A program made the translations under genes and the position numbers. Below the pieces are notes generated by a model. That model was not told where the DNA came from. It worked only from the letters and a program-made list of their open reading frames with translations, and searched no databases. 64,000 nt of DNA. Source: Oikopleura dioica. Lineage: Eukaryota; Animalia; Chordata. Every line of letters starts with the position of its first letter. Within the stretch, counting starts at the first letter, position 1. Of this stretch, positions 28,004 through 41,748 are shown piece after piece. The stretch is taken from contig OU015566.1 in NCBI GenBank assembly GCA_907165135.1, positions 10,664,001-10,728,000 on the forward strand, written 5' to 3'.

Positions 28004-30137
28004 ATGTCGGTAGGAATGCTACAGGAAAGTAAATTATCAATGACCCATTTTATTAGATTTCTAATTCAGGAACCAAAAGGATTAGCCGAAGAAATGGCTA
28101 CTTCAGCCTTCGAATACGATCCTCACAATTTCTGGCATGTTTATAAAACCCTCAGAAATATCGAAATTCAAGAGCCGAACGAGGTCATTTTCGACAGATT
28201 TACGAAGGACAGACAAGTCTCATTCTCTTGTAACTTTGAAGAATACTGTTCAGAGGTACAGTTAGTAAAGCTTCTTCTGTAAAACAGCTGTTTAAGTGGA
28301 AGACAAAAACCTCAATCAGCTCCTCTTTTGAAGAGAAAATTTCACCGGGAAAACGTGAAAATTTCTATGTCACAAGTGGACTCGCTCGAAACAGTGCTTT
28401 TTTCAACCCAACTGTTGATGTGAGCACGTTGAGCACAAATGGCCATTACTTATCATCAATGAGCTCGAGGGTCGCACCTGGACGGGTTCAACTTTTGGAA
28501 ACTCCGGAACTAGCTCTAAATAGCAATCAATTAGTCCGGCCTGGATTTCTTATCTTGGGTGAACTCTTGCACATTCTCTGACTCACGTTTTCTGAGCTAG
28601 AATGAAAAGACCATCGATTTGGACTTCCATAGCTCGTACTGCTTTAGTTTCTGGTATTCTCACTTCGGTATCCCTTCAGGCAGTTTCGTAATTCACTTGA
28701 ACCGCGATGGAGTTTCTAAGCCTGTGGAAATCTTTGGAATCGGCGCGTATTACCCAGATAAAGCAGGAAGGGCTGAGAACGCTAATTCACCTCCACTAGA
28801 AATGATCGCGGGATAAGCTCATTTTAAAGACCAGAACCTTGGTTGGAAGACTTACGAGGACAGCTTAATCGCCCGTGATACAGAGGACTGGCGGTATTTT
28901 CAAATTCAATTTGATACAGAACAAAGCGAAGACTGGAAGGGAATGTCGATTTTATTTCAAAATGTGAGAGGAGAGAATTTCCTGTCAAACATAGCGCTAG
29001 ATGACATCCAGCTGAATCCCAAAGACTGTCAAATTCTTCCTGAACCCTTTCCACTTCCACCTGACCTGCCCGCTCCTCCGGCCAAAGTTGATCCGACAAT
29101 CCCAAGCAAAATGTTCTTCGAAGACTGGAAACTCTTTCCGCCTGAAAAACGACTCCAATCTCAACTTGAATACGACGAATCGTTAAAAACTGGCCAAAAA
29201 ATATCCATCCGATTTTCTCAATGCGGAGGTGAGGAGATTTACCAAGAAGGTGGAATCTGCTGCAATGGAAAAATGCATTCAAGGAGATCGGGAAACAACT
29301 GCTGTAGGAAAAAGCCGTTCTTCACGAGGAAGCAAATTTGCTGCGGGAAGGAGGTTGCCGACAAGAGGAAATATGGATGTTGTAATAAAGAGCTGTATTT
29401 ATTAGCGGATAGTTTTTGCTGTGGTTCAGAGATGAGGTTTGTTAAAAATTACCGATATGAAACTGCCGCCATTATATTAGAAATTGAAAGCATTTTACTT
29501 AAATGGAATGCCTCAATAGCATCAGCGCTATTTTCAAGCCAAAAATGACCATAAAATAGATCGTTCCAGATTTTATCCCTTAGCAATCTACCTCATCTCG
29601 TTCTCAGAAATCCTCCCTCGATCTCAGCTGGAGCGCTGCTGCCCCGTTACCCAGATTCGTTACAATCCATCAATCCATTTTTGCTGTGGTGGGCGGCTGG
29701 TAGACAAAGAGCTCAAAGAAAGAGGCTATCAATGCTGTGACAATCAGATCTTCGAGCCAGGAAAGAAATCGGGTGTGCTGAGTGGACAACATTGCTGTGG
29801 ATCTGGAGCTGGTCAAAAGCTTTTGTCAAAGGAGCAAGGTTGCTGCAAAAATAGAGCCGGAGCCAAAGGATACGATCCTACAAACGAGTTCTGTTGTGCG
29901 GGGAAAGTCTATCACTCGAAAGTCCATGAGTGCGTGAAACCCTACAATAAAAAAGAGTTCGCCAAGAGGATCTTTGGTGGTGATCGCGCTCCTGGAACCT
30001 CCCCAGGAGAAGATAGATGGATGACGCTACACGATTTCATCGAAAATGAAGATAAGGTAAAGAAAAGCTATAATTACGAAGAACTCGATGAAGTGATAAG
30101 ACCTGACTGGAGAAGCTTTTATAATTTATATCACTGA
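28004..30137 (+). CDS. Extracellular MAM-domain protein with galaxin/usherin-like di-cysteine repeats
   Basis: MAM hallmarks (SCNFEE, YCFSFWY, IALDDIQL..C) are followed by repeated CC motifs (ICCNG, NCCRK, ICCGK, GCCNK, FCCGS, FCCGG, QCCDN, HCCGS, GCCKN, FCCAG). AATAAA at ~30154. The true 5' end is uncertain. Confidence 0.75.
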
Positions 30138-30318
30138 AAACTTTCTCTTGCAGAATAAAAGTAAAACATTAATTGACGTGAGCATGATTTGAGGGCATAT
30201 CTGAGCAGTTAAAACATTATCTATCTCCGGGCAAATATATTCGAGCTCTTCAGATTATGAGAGTGAGTAATTTTGACAAAATTCAAAGCATAAAAGCCCG
30301 AATTTCATACATACATCC

Positions 30319-30556
30319 GGGCTGGTAGATAGCTCAGTTAGCCTCCACGGGGCGGCTTCTTATATGCTCATGCAGGAGCATGTCGCGCGCTATAAAATAT
30401 GGATCCTGCGTAAGCTGTTCGAAGCCCGTCTTTGACTTCGGATGGGCGCTACCAGTCTGTTCCCCCTGAAGGAGCCGAAAGTAAGGGGAGAACTTATAGG
30501 CTAAAAACTCCTAACTGCAGATAAAGGGGTTCTCTGAAGTGGAGGGCAGAGTTTTT
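30319..30556 (+). ncRNA. Candidate Pol III structured RNA, vault-RNA-like core 30319-30458
   Basis: ATAAAA at about -29; A-box TAGCTCAGTTAG (30330-30341); B-box GTTCGAAGC (30417-30425). 10-bp terminal stem GGGCTGGTAG/CTACCAGTCT, internal hairpins, and first T5 at 30552-30556. Confidence 0.55.
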
Positions 30557-30970
30557 ATAGACTAAATAAGTACCAGAGCGCAACATCAATGCTCACGTCT
30601 TTTTAACTTGATTTTTGCGTATTTTATAGAACTTATCTAAGTTATTTTTAGTATATTTGTATATTGACACCATGAATAGAGACAATACTTTGTAGATACA
30701 GGTAAAGTACTAATATTGCCTAGGGCCACATAATGAGAATGTGTGAAATTGCTATGTGTATGAAATTGAATTGAATTGAAAGTGTATGCTTTTCATGTTT
30801 TCTGTAGTTCCGAGGAGGATGCAAATAGTTGTTGTTGGGGGTTGAGTTGATTATTTACGTAGTGGTTTTCCTAAACCTGCCTAGGTGGAAGAAGAACGGT
30901 TAGGCGAACAGAGGGGAGAGGAAAACGTCTAAGAAGGCGTGGCAGTCACGGGACACAGAAGATTTCAGGT

Positions 30971-32340
<1,370 letters not shown>

Positions 32341-34491
32341 TCAGGACGCAGAAAAACAGCTCGTGACTCAAGCAGAAACGCGTCAGATTCAATACAAAAG
32401 GGGACAACAGTGGTATTTAGCTCAATCTGCGGGTTATTTATGCTATCAATAGACGTTTATACAGTCCCTTGGTCACAAAAAGGTCGAAAAGTAGGCATCT
32501 GATCCGCGTTTGTACGAAAAAAGGCTTATAAACAAGGTTTTTGAGGTATTCTAGAGTTTTTCTATGAAGCAGACCAACACTTATTCATAATTTTAGAAGC
32601 GCTTAAGTTCAAGGATTTAGTGATAAAAATTTTCGGGAGAATAGGAATTCCTGTTATTTAACACTCGATTCCGGCCCCTAGCTTCAGTTAACTCTCTTCC
32701 TCACAGGTACCTTACTGTAAAAGGCTCACACAGTGCTCTTGGATAAATACCTAGGAGTGGAAGAAACATGATATTAGATAAACGATGTCGTAAATGACCC
32801 GATTTATCTTCCGATTTATCTTGCTTGTTACTACGCAAAGACAGCTCTGATTCATTCTCTAGCTTTGAATCTCTCAGCTTTGAATCACGAAAATACAACT
32901 ATCGGCGAGTATGAACGGGCGAAAATTCCCCAGAGAAGGACCATCGGGATCTCGTTAACCCGAGCGACTGGCTCCCTGGGGGTTGAACTTGGCCAATAAA
33001 TCGAAAATTACTCTTGAAAACAGAAAGCCGGATTTTTCGATGCTCGTAAAATACCCGTAGTGAAAACGGATCCATTGCAAAACGCCCTAGAGGGGATTCA
33101 ACATTTTTCAATTGTGAAGACTTCATCGCATTTTCAATTTTACCGTATCAATTCTAGGCCGGCGCCGGTAGCCAGTACAGGGCTGAAAGAAGGCTGATTA
33201 CAGAAATCTTTTGCAGAAGAACTTGAGGAAAAATGAATAAAACGACACAAAACATAAAATTTTTATTCTTTATTTTTCTCAAATTTTATGAAACAGATAA
33301 ATCGGATAAAAAATAACTCAAATACCCGATCAGTAAGCTAAAATTTCAATATTTAATGATTGGTATCGAATGGTAGATAAATGCAGTTAGTGATTTCTTA
33401 CAAAGAGAATCATGAGGAAAAATACTCAAAATCCAAGATCAAGACCGAAAATTTGATGAGTGATTAAACGAACTTAAAATTGTATGCAAGCGAAAATTTT
33501 ATACACTTGATCTCAGTTCTACCGAGATCGATAAAGTTGGTTCCTAAACGGTGCCACCAAAGAGGGGTCGAGTCAATCAATGTCATCAGCAATGCACAGA
33601 AGATCTACAGCTAAAAGTATACGAGGAAGTTTAAAGCAGTTAGTGACAAATCAGATTGACCCATGAAAAATAAGGGTACCTATCGAGAGTGCTTTTGATC
33701 ATCAGAAGGTTATTCAAGACTTCCTGCAGAGTTATGAATGGACAGTCACTTTCTGGGAGATTATTTGTGAAGCTGGGTGTTTTTGGCGCTTATTGATGAC
33801 CTCCGAATCAAGGTCACTAAGATCTTATTTCATGGCCTCTTTCTCACGATTACTAATCATACTAGAACATGAAATTAACTCTTGATGAGCATGATTTGGT
33901 GACCATCAACAAGTGTCAAGACCGCCCAGATTCATAAATAAGGAAATCATCTCCTAAAGTGACTACATTCAGAATCCTACAGGAAATCATGAAGAACCTT
34001 CGGAAGATGATGGAGACATGCTAAATTTCGAGGAAAGAGCGAAGCGTGCGTTTATAGATACAGTTTCAATGATTTACATCTTATCTACTCTACAAAAATT
34101 TACACCTGGAAAGTATACGATATTTTCTTCACAACGAAGTAGTGGGGCAAGTTTCTTGCCCTCAACTTAAAATTTATAGCGCGATTTCGGGCAAAAACTG
34201 AAATTTTAGCCCAAAATCCCGTCTTTGCCCTACGAGCAAGCTCTAAAAGAGTCAGCTTACAGTGAGTGTAGCCAGTGTCAAATTAAATTCATGAACTTTA
34301 TAGTACAGTACTGCCAGTAAAACGCAAGAAAGGATCAGTGCTGAGGTAAGTGAGTGGAGATTTTCAATGAAAATTTGGCCGAAATTAGGGTCTCTTCGTC
34401 AAATCCGGGCTCATCAGAGAGCCGTTATCTTGCTTTACTTGGCTCTTAGTTGGAATTACTCGTTTTCACCGCAAACTTTGACGGTCCTGAC

Positions 34492-34880
34492 CAGAGTTGG
34501 TAAAAAAGTATACTTCACTCGCCCTTCAGAATGAAGTATACTTCATGAAGTATACTTCAGGGCGTTGCAGGGCGTTGAAGGGCGTGAAGTGTACTTCCGC
34601 CCTTCCCTCTACTTCAACCGCCCTTCCGCCCTTCACTCTACTTCAACTTGGTTCTGTCGGCCATCAGAATCCATCCGCCAGAATTTTTTCAAATTTTGCG
34701 CTTATTGGCTCTCAGGCGCCATGATTTAAATCACGCTAATTGTGGCAGATGAACCGATAGCTGAAGTATACTTCAGGGCTTTGAAGGGCGCGTGAAGTAC
34801 ACTTCACCGCCCTTCAAGAATGAAGGGCGCCCTGCAGATTTTTGAAGGGCGAGGGGAAGTATACTTTTTTACCAACTCTG
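34492..34880. mobile_element. hAT-superfamily MITE (389 bp)
   Basis: Perfect 25-bp TIR CAGAGTTGGTAAAAAAGTATACTTC; perfect 8-bp TSD GTCCTGAC (34484-34491, 34881-34888). Subterminal TGAAGTATACTTCA palindromes and GAAGGGC repeats. Confidence 0.93.
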
Positions 34881-35255
34881 GTCCTGACAGCCAATAAACG
34901 AATATAAGTTGTAGAAGGTGAAAATATGAAATTCCAGCTAAGAGCCAAATACGGCCTTCCGAGTAGCCTGGATTTGACGTAGAAACACTTAAAAGAGCAA
35001 TTTCTCAAAGAATCAATAAATAATTGTGAAAAAAACGTGAGGTTTGGCAAAAACGGCGTCTGGTCACTGAAGGCTGATTCAATCTGTATACGTTTCAATG
35101 GGAAAGATAGCTGAAGACATTGTAGGGAAATAAAGCCTGGTAAGTATCACTTCACTTTAACCCGTTTCGGGTACGTTGTTTCCTGAAACAGCTTATGAAA
35201 GAAAAAAAAACTATTGAAAAGATGGTAAAATAAGGAAAGCTTGATAAAAGCGCAG

Positions 35256-37516
35256 CTAGTCGGAGTCGTCGGCAGATGGCTCGGACTTAACTGAGCCCTG
35301 GGTAGACGGGGATGGGGTCTGCGTAAGCGGCTGTGAGGGGATAGACATATCGGGCGTAAGCGCTAGAATTTCGGAACTAGGATCGAACTTGACTGTTTTT
35401 GAGTTCATGATTTTGTCGGAGGAAAATTTGCTCGATTTTCTGATCATTATTTGAGAAAACTAAAGTTAGCATGGGGAAGCAGGATCAGAAAATGAGAGGT
35501 CATGAACTGGTCCTGGAAGAGCCAAGGATGTTATGTGTTGCATCATGGGAATCATGAATCTTTTCACAAGTTCGATAAAGAGTAATTCGATGAGTTCAAG
35601 AATCGCAATCATAATATTTTTGAAACAAACATCAATTGTGTCTTGGTAACTGTCAAAAAACACTTAGATTCTTGAAAGCATGAATTTTACAAGATATCGA
35701 ACTCGGACCTGAACGCGTCCATCGAATTCCGGAAAACAAGTCCCGTCTCTCGCTCAGTGCCAGGCTCATACGCCTCCACTAGCTCAGAGAGCCGACCCAT
35801 CATATCAGATAGTTGCGAGAATGTTTTCTGGAGACCTCTCGTGTCCTGAAAGAATGCGTGTTGCCCGAACATGTGTCAAACCTGTCTCCTTGCCATTTCA
35901 TTCAAATTTCCCACAACAGCTGACCGGGCGATCATTTTTTAGTTTCCTTCTGTACCTAACTGTACAGTTTGTTCATTTATGCACGGTGTCACTCGTCGGT
36001 TCAGGGGAGGTTTCCGACGAGGCTTCACGAGAACATTCATTTCCGGGAATCCGTGTATCTGGTCGAAAAACATGATGACTTTGTTACTTGATGATTTACT
36101 GAGATTATCCAGTTACGGTTTCGTCGATTTTCAACGGTGATTACTTACAGAAGGACTCCAAAAACCTTCAGGGATCATGAATTTGATGCATAAGAATGTT
36201 TTCAAGACGATAGAGTACGTTTTCTCGGCCGAAAAGCGATGAAAACCGGCCATTGATGATGAAAAGATGATTTTGACTGACGAAAAATGAAACGATTCGA
36301 CTGATACTGTGTCTTTACTGTCATCGAAGTCTCAAACCCGGATTATTCTCGATACACCGGCATTCAGGAAACGATTTGGAGCCCTCTTTGTCCGTCTACC
36401 CGACAGAAATCTGTCTGGCAACCCAGGCCAGCTGTGGCAAATCTTCAACAAGGACACTAATTCTAGGGCTCACCTGCACAAAGTGCTCGACACGAGGTCG
36501 TTTCACAGATGGGCCTTCCTCGGCGCTATGCCTCGGCCTTTTCGCGGGATGCGTTCCGGTCTTTGCGGCGCTGATGCACTCGCGAACGTTTCGATGGAAA
36601 ACGCGTGCTGATCGCACTGGGCGGCACGCGTTCGACGGTTCAGTGGACACTTTTCCCCAATCAAGCTTTTTCACGCGATACTCAAACTGGTTCAAGGCTA
36701 ACGCAAGGAAAGCCAAGGCTTCTCTACGATTGAGTAGCGCTTTCCTTGAGCTCAACGACGGGGCCGAGCCTCGAAGAGCTATCGGTCAGGGCGTCGATCG
36801 GAACGAGATCGGCAATAGAATCTAACTCGGAGACTTCTTTTCTCGTCCTGGAGTCAATCAGTGTTACTGATCTACCTGAACAATGGGTCATCAATTGTCC
36901 TAACATTGAAAAAGATAAATGTTCGAATAATATGAGCCCATTTTCCTTCAGAAGCTTGTGTAATTCGATTCTTGAGCGCCTTGACGAGCGTATTTCTGCC
37001 GACTCTGTACATTCGCGGCTTGGCCCCAGTCGGGATGAGCTCAGAGATCCGGACTCGGATTGCTTGAAAGTCATACTTCTGCTTGCTTGCAAGAGACCAT
37101 TCTGCCTTCTCGACCATTCCAGTCATCGTTCTTTCCCTTTCCGAGTTTTGAATAAATGATTCATGCTAGTCAAAAATACCAAAGTCGTAGTACAATCACT
37201 ACGACGAGCCCCGTATTTTCCGGGCCTGTATGATTTACTCTCCTACAGTGAGGCCAAGGCAAACATACTCTTATTCAAAGAATCAAATGCGTGGTAATCA
37301 AATAATCAAAAAAGCCTAGGATAAAAACTACGACTTAGTGAGTTTACTACTGAATAAACTCAGAAGAGCCTTTTCCAGTTGGACTTTTGTCATTTTGAAT
37401 AAGACATTCGACGGATTTAACTTATTTTGACTCAAAAACATGATTACTTCAACAAAATTGGCTGATTTCGGCACTAGAATGATCGTTTTTTCAAAATTTT
37501 TACCAAGCTTCATCAC
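35256..37516 (-). pseudogene. Fragmented minus-strand coding-like region (degenerate gene or TE remnant)
   Basis: Chain of protein-like ORFs (37328-37516, 36872-37126, 36724-37092, 36396-36755, 35687-35872, 35466-35663, 35256-35447) broken by frame changes, one at a G4 run near 36760. No recognisable domain. Confidence 0.3.
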
Positions 37517-38334
37517 AAAGAAAGACTGAATTTAGGTAGTCAGAGCCATAAACACTACGTAGCTGCAATATCAGGAAAACGAACACGCTCGAAAAGGATT
37601 TCTATTGAATAAAACTCATTCCTGTTCAGTAATTCTGGTGCTTATGATCGCCGATTTCTGATTTTTTAAAAGCAAAAATCAGTGATCCGATTTCTTCGCC
37701 ATTCTTCTTACTGTATTTCTCAAAGAATGAAAATAAAAAAAGTTAGATTTTTAGAGATTTTTTTTTTCTGGCTCTCTCTGGCTCAGTATTTTTTTCTAAG
37801 TTAGGGTTTCTTTATAAGCGAGCGAGAGAGAGAGGCAGAGAGAGTTTTTTTTTGAAAACGGCTAGAGCGGCTCGATGGATCGGGATACGAGCCTGTCCAT
37901 AATAGTACAAACGACACTCGCCTCTCGACGAATCAGCGCCCGCCATTCACGTGGCTCCAGCAGAAAGTGTGGTAACCGCACCGCGCCTTTTCTCAACGGG
38001 GCGCTATTTTCAAGAGTCTGGCAGGTCCAAATCAAGCCCGCTCGATCACGAGCAACAAGCTCGAGTTCTGGCACATTCATTCCATTTTTGAGGCGAATTT
38101 TCCAGCGATTGCGTAATTTTTTGAAATATTTCAACCTTTATGCAAACACCACGGCTCAAAAGCGTATTTTCGAAAATGCTACAGGGGGGTCATTCAACAA
38201 CTACCGGGACGATTCCCATCATGAAGCGTTATTCTGTGCTCTGATGGGTCAATCATGCAAATCAGCCCGGTCGTTGTTGAAAGAACCCCTTGTAGAATCT
38301 ACTGGTAAATTGCTCCTGAGTCAGGACTCCTGAC

Positions 38335-38408
38335 CAGAGTTGCAAATTTTCTAAACTGAGCTAGCTGAGCAGCCGCTCAGCAAAAATAAAGCGAAATTTG
38401 CAACTCTG
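38335..38408. mobile_element. 74-bp micro-MITE with CAGAGTTG termini
   Basis: CAGAGTTGCAAATTT...AAATTTGCAACTCTG inverted ends (15 bp); same terminal 8 bp as the 34492 element. No matching right-hand TSD. Confidence 0.55.
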
Positions 38409-39006
38409 TGGGGAAAGAGCATCTGATTATTGAAAAACCTATCCACGACTTCATGCAGATTGTTGAAGAACTATCAGATTGAAGGAACGTTGCATTTTCA
38501 GGATGGAGCTGATTGTGATGGTTTCACATCACTTTTATCAAGCTCAATCCTGAAAAAAGAATAGCCCACTCTGAATAGGAAAGCCACTGTTTTGGAAACA
38601 AATTTAATCCATTTGATGATTAAATATTTTATTATTAGACTTTCATCATTATTTTATTGCTCAGAGTCTGAGTCTCAGAGTCTTAGCTTTAGACGAGGAC
38701 TAATCATAAATTAGAAAATCATCATTTCTCAAGTCGTATTGAAATATCCCATCAGGATGTTGCACTACCGACTTCAATTTGAGCCGATGCTAAAGTTCAA
38801 GATACAAGAATGTCTCAAACCGACCTGACTAGCACATGAGTTCAATGCGAAATCAACAACTTATCCATCCTGATCAGAAAAACGCTGAAGCGTGCTCCCC
38901 GGCGTCCCAGACTCTGAGACAGTGTTGTCTTTTTCTATCGCTCCCACTTTCCTTGGATTCCAAAAATGATGATGATGCTGAATTCTTGGATTGTTTTATT
39001 GAACTG

Positions 39007-40502
39007 TTAATACAGGTAAGAATTCAGTTTGAAGGCTCTGTTCGGTTTCTTCGGACTTGAGCTCATTCCACCAACGCTGATCATTTCCTCAAGCGGTTTG
39101 ATGAACACGTATTGGAAGATCCAGAAGGTCCCACAAAAGCACAAGATGTTCCAACAGTGAAACGCAAAGTAGATCGCCTTGAATGTCAGCTGGTTGTAAT
39201 TCAAGTGCTAAAATGAAGATGACTCGAGCAAATTATGAAAAATAGAATTTGATCGGGCGCGGCTTCATTTTACCTCGTGATTGGTAGAACAGCTATTGAT
39301 CTTGGCCTGGAGTTCGGTATCGTCGGTAATGTACGCGACAACGATGTTGTAGAAATTGATGCTTTTACAGCTGATAGCGTCGATTTCCCTGAAAAATATT
39401 ATTCGATGAATCAACTTTAATCAACCTGTAGTAAAAGTCAAAATCATCGTCGTAGTTGTCAATCACGAGCCTCGCCAGGTACCGGAAGAAGATATCATCG
39501 GCTGCATTTTTCTTAAACTCCTTCAGGACAGTCTTGATATCATCTTTTTTAATGGATAAGTCGTCCTTCAAAGTCTGATCTTTAAAACTATCAGCTTTGT
39601 CTGGATCTGCTGTTGCGATGTGCACAGCTTGATCAGCTTCATCGTTGGATTCTAAGAGGGAACGCGGTTGATTCTTTTTGATGACGTTTGGAATTGATGG
39701 TGCAGCAGTAGTTTTTGAGACAGTCCATGAGTTCTTAGCTCCGCCGATCCCTGAAGATCCGAAGAGATTCGTTTTCTTCGTTGTTGCTGCACCGAAAGAG
39801 TTACCAAAGCCGAACGATTTGCCGCCAAATGTTTTCTATTGCTCGTTTTAAAAAGTTTAGATTGTAGCAAGGCATACTTTGGTCGTTTGCGAGCCAAAAA
39901 TTGAAGGACCTTTAGTCACTCCAAAATTTACGATTGACTTCGTCGTCGTTGCTCCGAAGTTCCCAAACGAGGGCTTTGTTGGTCCAAAACCTATCGTTTT
40001 CGCCGTAGTAGTTTGCGAATTTTTCACCCCAAACATAAACCCGTTTTGTAAGACCGTACTCTTCGTTGTTGTCACTTTCGAATTACGGCTTACCGGCGCT
40101 GTCCACGGCCGAGCTGTAGTAGGTGCGTTTGTTGCTACTGATTTTATTTTTGTGTTGTCCGGTACAACACCTTTTCAAAATAGTTTTAAACAACGAAATC
40201 ATAAGGCTTACTTTTAGCTCCAAGCGAGTCAAGAAAACTTGTCAGTCCGCCACCGGAAGACGCAGGTTTTTCTGTTGATAATTCATTTGAATCCGCTGAT
40301 AATTCGGTTAGGAAAGTAGTGTTAGTACAGTTTTACCTTTAGGTGCATTATTCTCTGTCTTTGTGGATGGTGGCATCCCAAAACCAAATATATTGGTGGC
40401 TTGAGGGTTTATTTGATTGGGTTGAGCATTGGCAACACTTGCCAAAAGCCCTAGAAATGCTGCAAAAAGTATCAAAGATATTGATTCCTTTGAGAAAAAC
40501 AT
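39007..40502 (-). CDS. Orphan type-I membrane protein with signal peptide and FG/Thr-rich ectodomain
   Basis: MFFSKESISLILFAAFLGLLASVANAQ (signal peptide) is spliced through FG- and TTTK-rich exons and an acidic/helical segment to AIYFAFHCWNILCFCGTFWIFQYVFI (TM) and a short tail. GT-AG introns preserve frame at the junctions checked. Confidence 0.65.
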
Positions 40503-40816
40503 ATTTTGTTTTATTCTGGCTCGAGAATTCAACCCTTCTCGCGCTTATATTTGCGATTATACCGTCATAAGAACGTAAGCAGTTGATAAGAACTCAATTC
40601 TATCTTCCCAGCTCTAGCTTTATTCTGCTATCATGGGAATGTTGGGCAAATATTTATGCGAAATAATGAATAAATGATTGACAAGTAAGCTTTTTTATTT
40701 TATTTTTTTAACAGAGTTTGAATTTCTTCTTGTCTCCTTTTGGCCCTAGAATGCTGATTTTCTTAGCTCCTTTCTTTGAAGTCGTGCAGACAAGCTATAA
40801 TTTATTGTGAATAAGT

Positions 40817-41235
40817 TCAATCGTCGTTTCTTACTTTGAGGGAAGCTCCAGTTTTGAGACAGTCGATTTTTAGCTCCAAGCCATTTTCAGTTCTTTCTCG
40901 ACCCTTGGTGCGGATGTAAGTCATGTCTTTGCGTTTGAAATAGCTGTCGAATGCATCGTTTTCGTCGCAGACGTCTCCTGTTTCTTTTGATTCTGCTTGG
41001 GCACCTGAAATACTGAAATTTTGCTCAATCAAGTCATCTTACCGCAAGTAATGAGAGTATTCGCTGGAAAAACGATGCCATTCTTTCTGTTCTTCTTGCC
41101 TTTGTAAAGCTTGCCATCAACGCAATCGAGGATATTCACGTTCGCTGGCTTCCCATCCTTGCATTTGAAGACGATTTTTTCTACTCCCTTGAAATAAGAA
41201 TGCTGCTTCTGCACTCCTGCTGATAGATCCGTCAA
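40817..41235 (-). CDS. Small Cys-containing protein of unknown function (5' end unresolved)
   Basis: Two ORFs linked by a gtaag...cag intron (..LITCG|..AQAESKETGDVC..) with regularly spaced Cys. Confidence 0.4.
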
Positions 41236-41748
41236 TTCGCAAGATTTAGGACCAAACGCTGAAATTCAAAAGTTCTCTAAGGTAAATGATGGAAAAGTGT
41301 TTTTCCAACTCTTGCAACCGAGTGTCAATCAGTTCTTGATTCCTCATTTTTGGCAAAAATGAAAAGATTTGACAAAGACGAAAGAATCTAAAAACGCGTT
41401 GCAATTGGCGGTTATATGACAGGGAGAACATCGGCGACGCAAAGATAAGAAATAAACATGATTTAGAGGATTTAGAAGGGAACAAAAGAAACTATGGCTG
41501 AAGGATTTTTTAAAATTAATATAAATTACATAACTCTAATGTTTGATAGTTACTTGTAAGAACAGGAAAACATTTGTTTCATTCTTTATTACTTATCAAA
41601 GTAAAGTGGGCAGGTGAAACAGGTTTCGTATCATTTTAGTTTTTCCGTAAGGAACTGATTTGATTCATTTTAGAGTCGGCCAACTCGGCCTCTTTATCTC
41701 AAACAGATCGATCCAAAGACGGAACACGCCAAGATATCAAACCATGTA

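Noticed and set aside
30319-30458. Intron-containing tRNA gene
   Set aside because: A- and B-boxes are present, but no T-arm stem or cloverleaf can be formed around GTTCGAA.
30330-30556. Self-cleaving ribozyme (twister, HDV-like or hammerhead) suggested by AAGTGGAGGG, GCC-TCCACGG-GGC and CTGAAGGAG..GAAA
   Set aside because: Required partners are missing: no twister P2 match or CCCAAGC loop, no HDV G+1/P1 and P1.1 GG, and the hammerhead core would need CTGANGA.
32701-33126. Two abutting in-frame minus-strand ORFs upstream of Rab6
   Set aside because: Separated by a stop, no recognisable domain or splice support.
34500-34870. CRISPR-like array of palindromic repeats
   Set aside because: Eukaryotic context, irregular spacing, no unique spacers; fully explained as MITE subterminal repeats.
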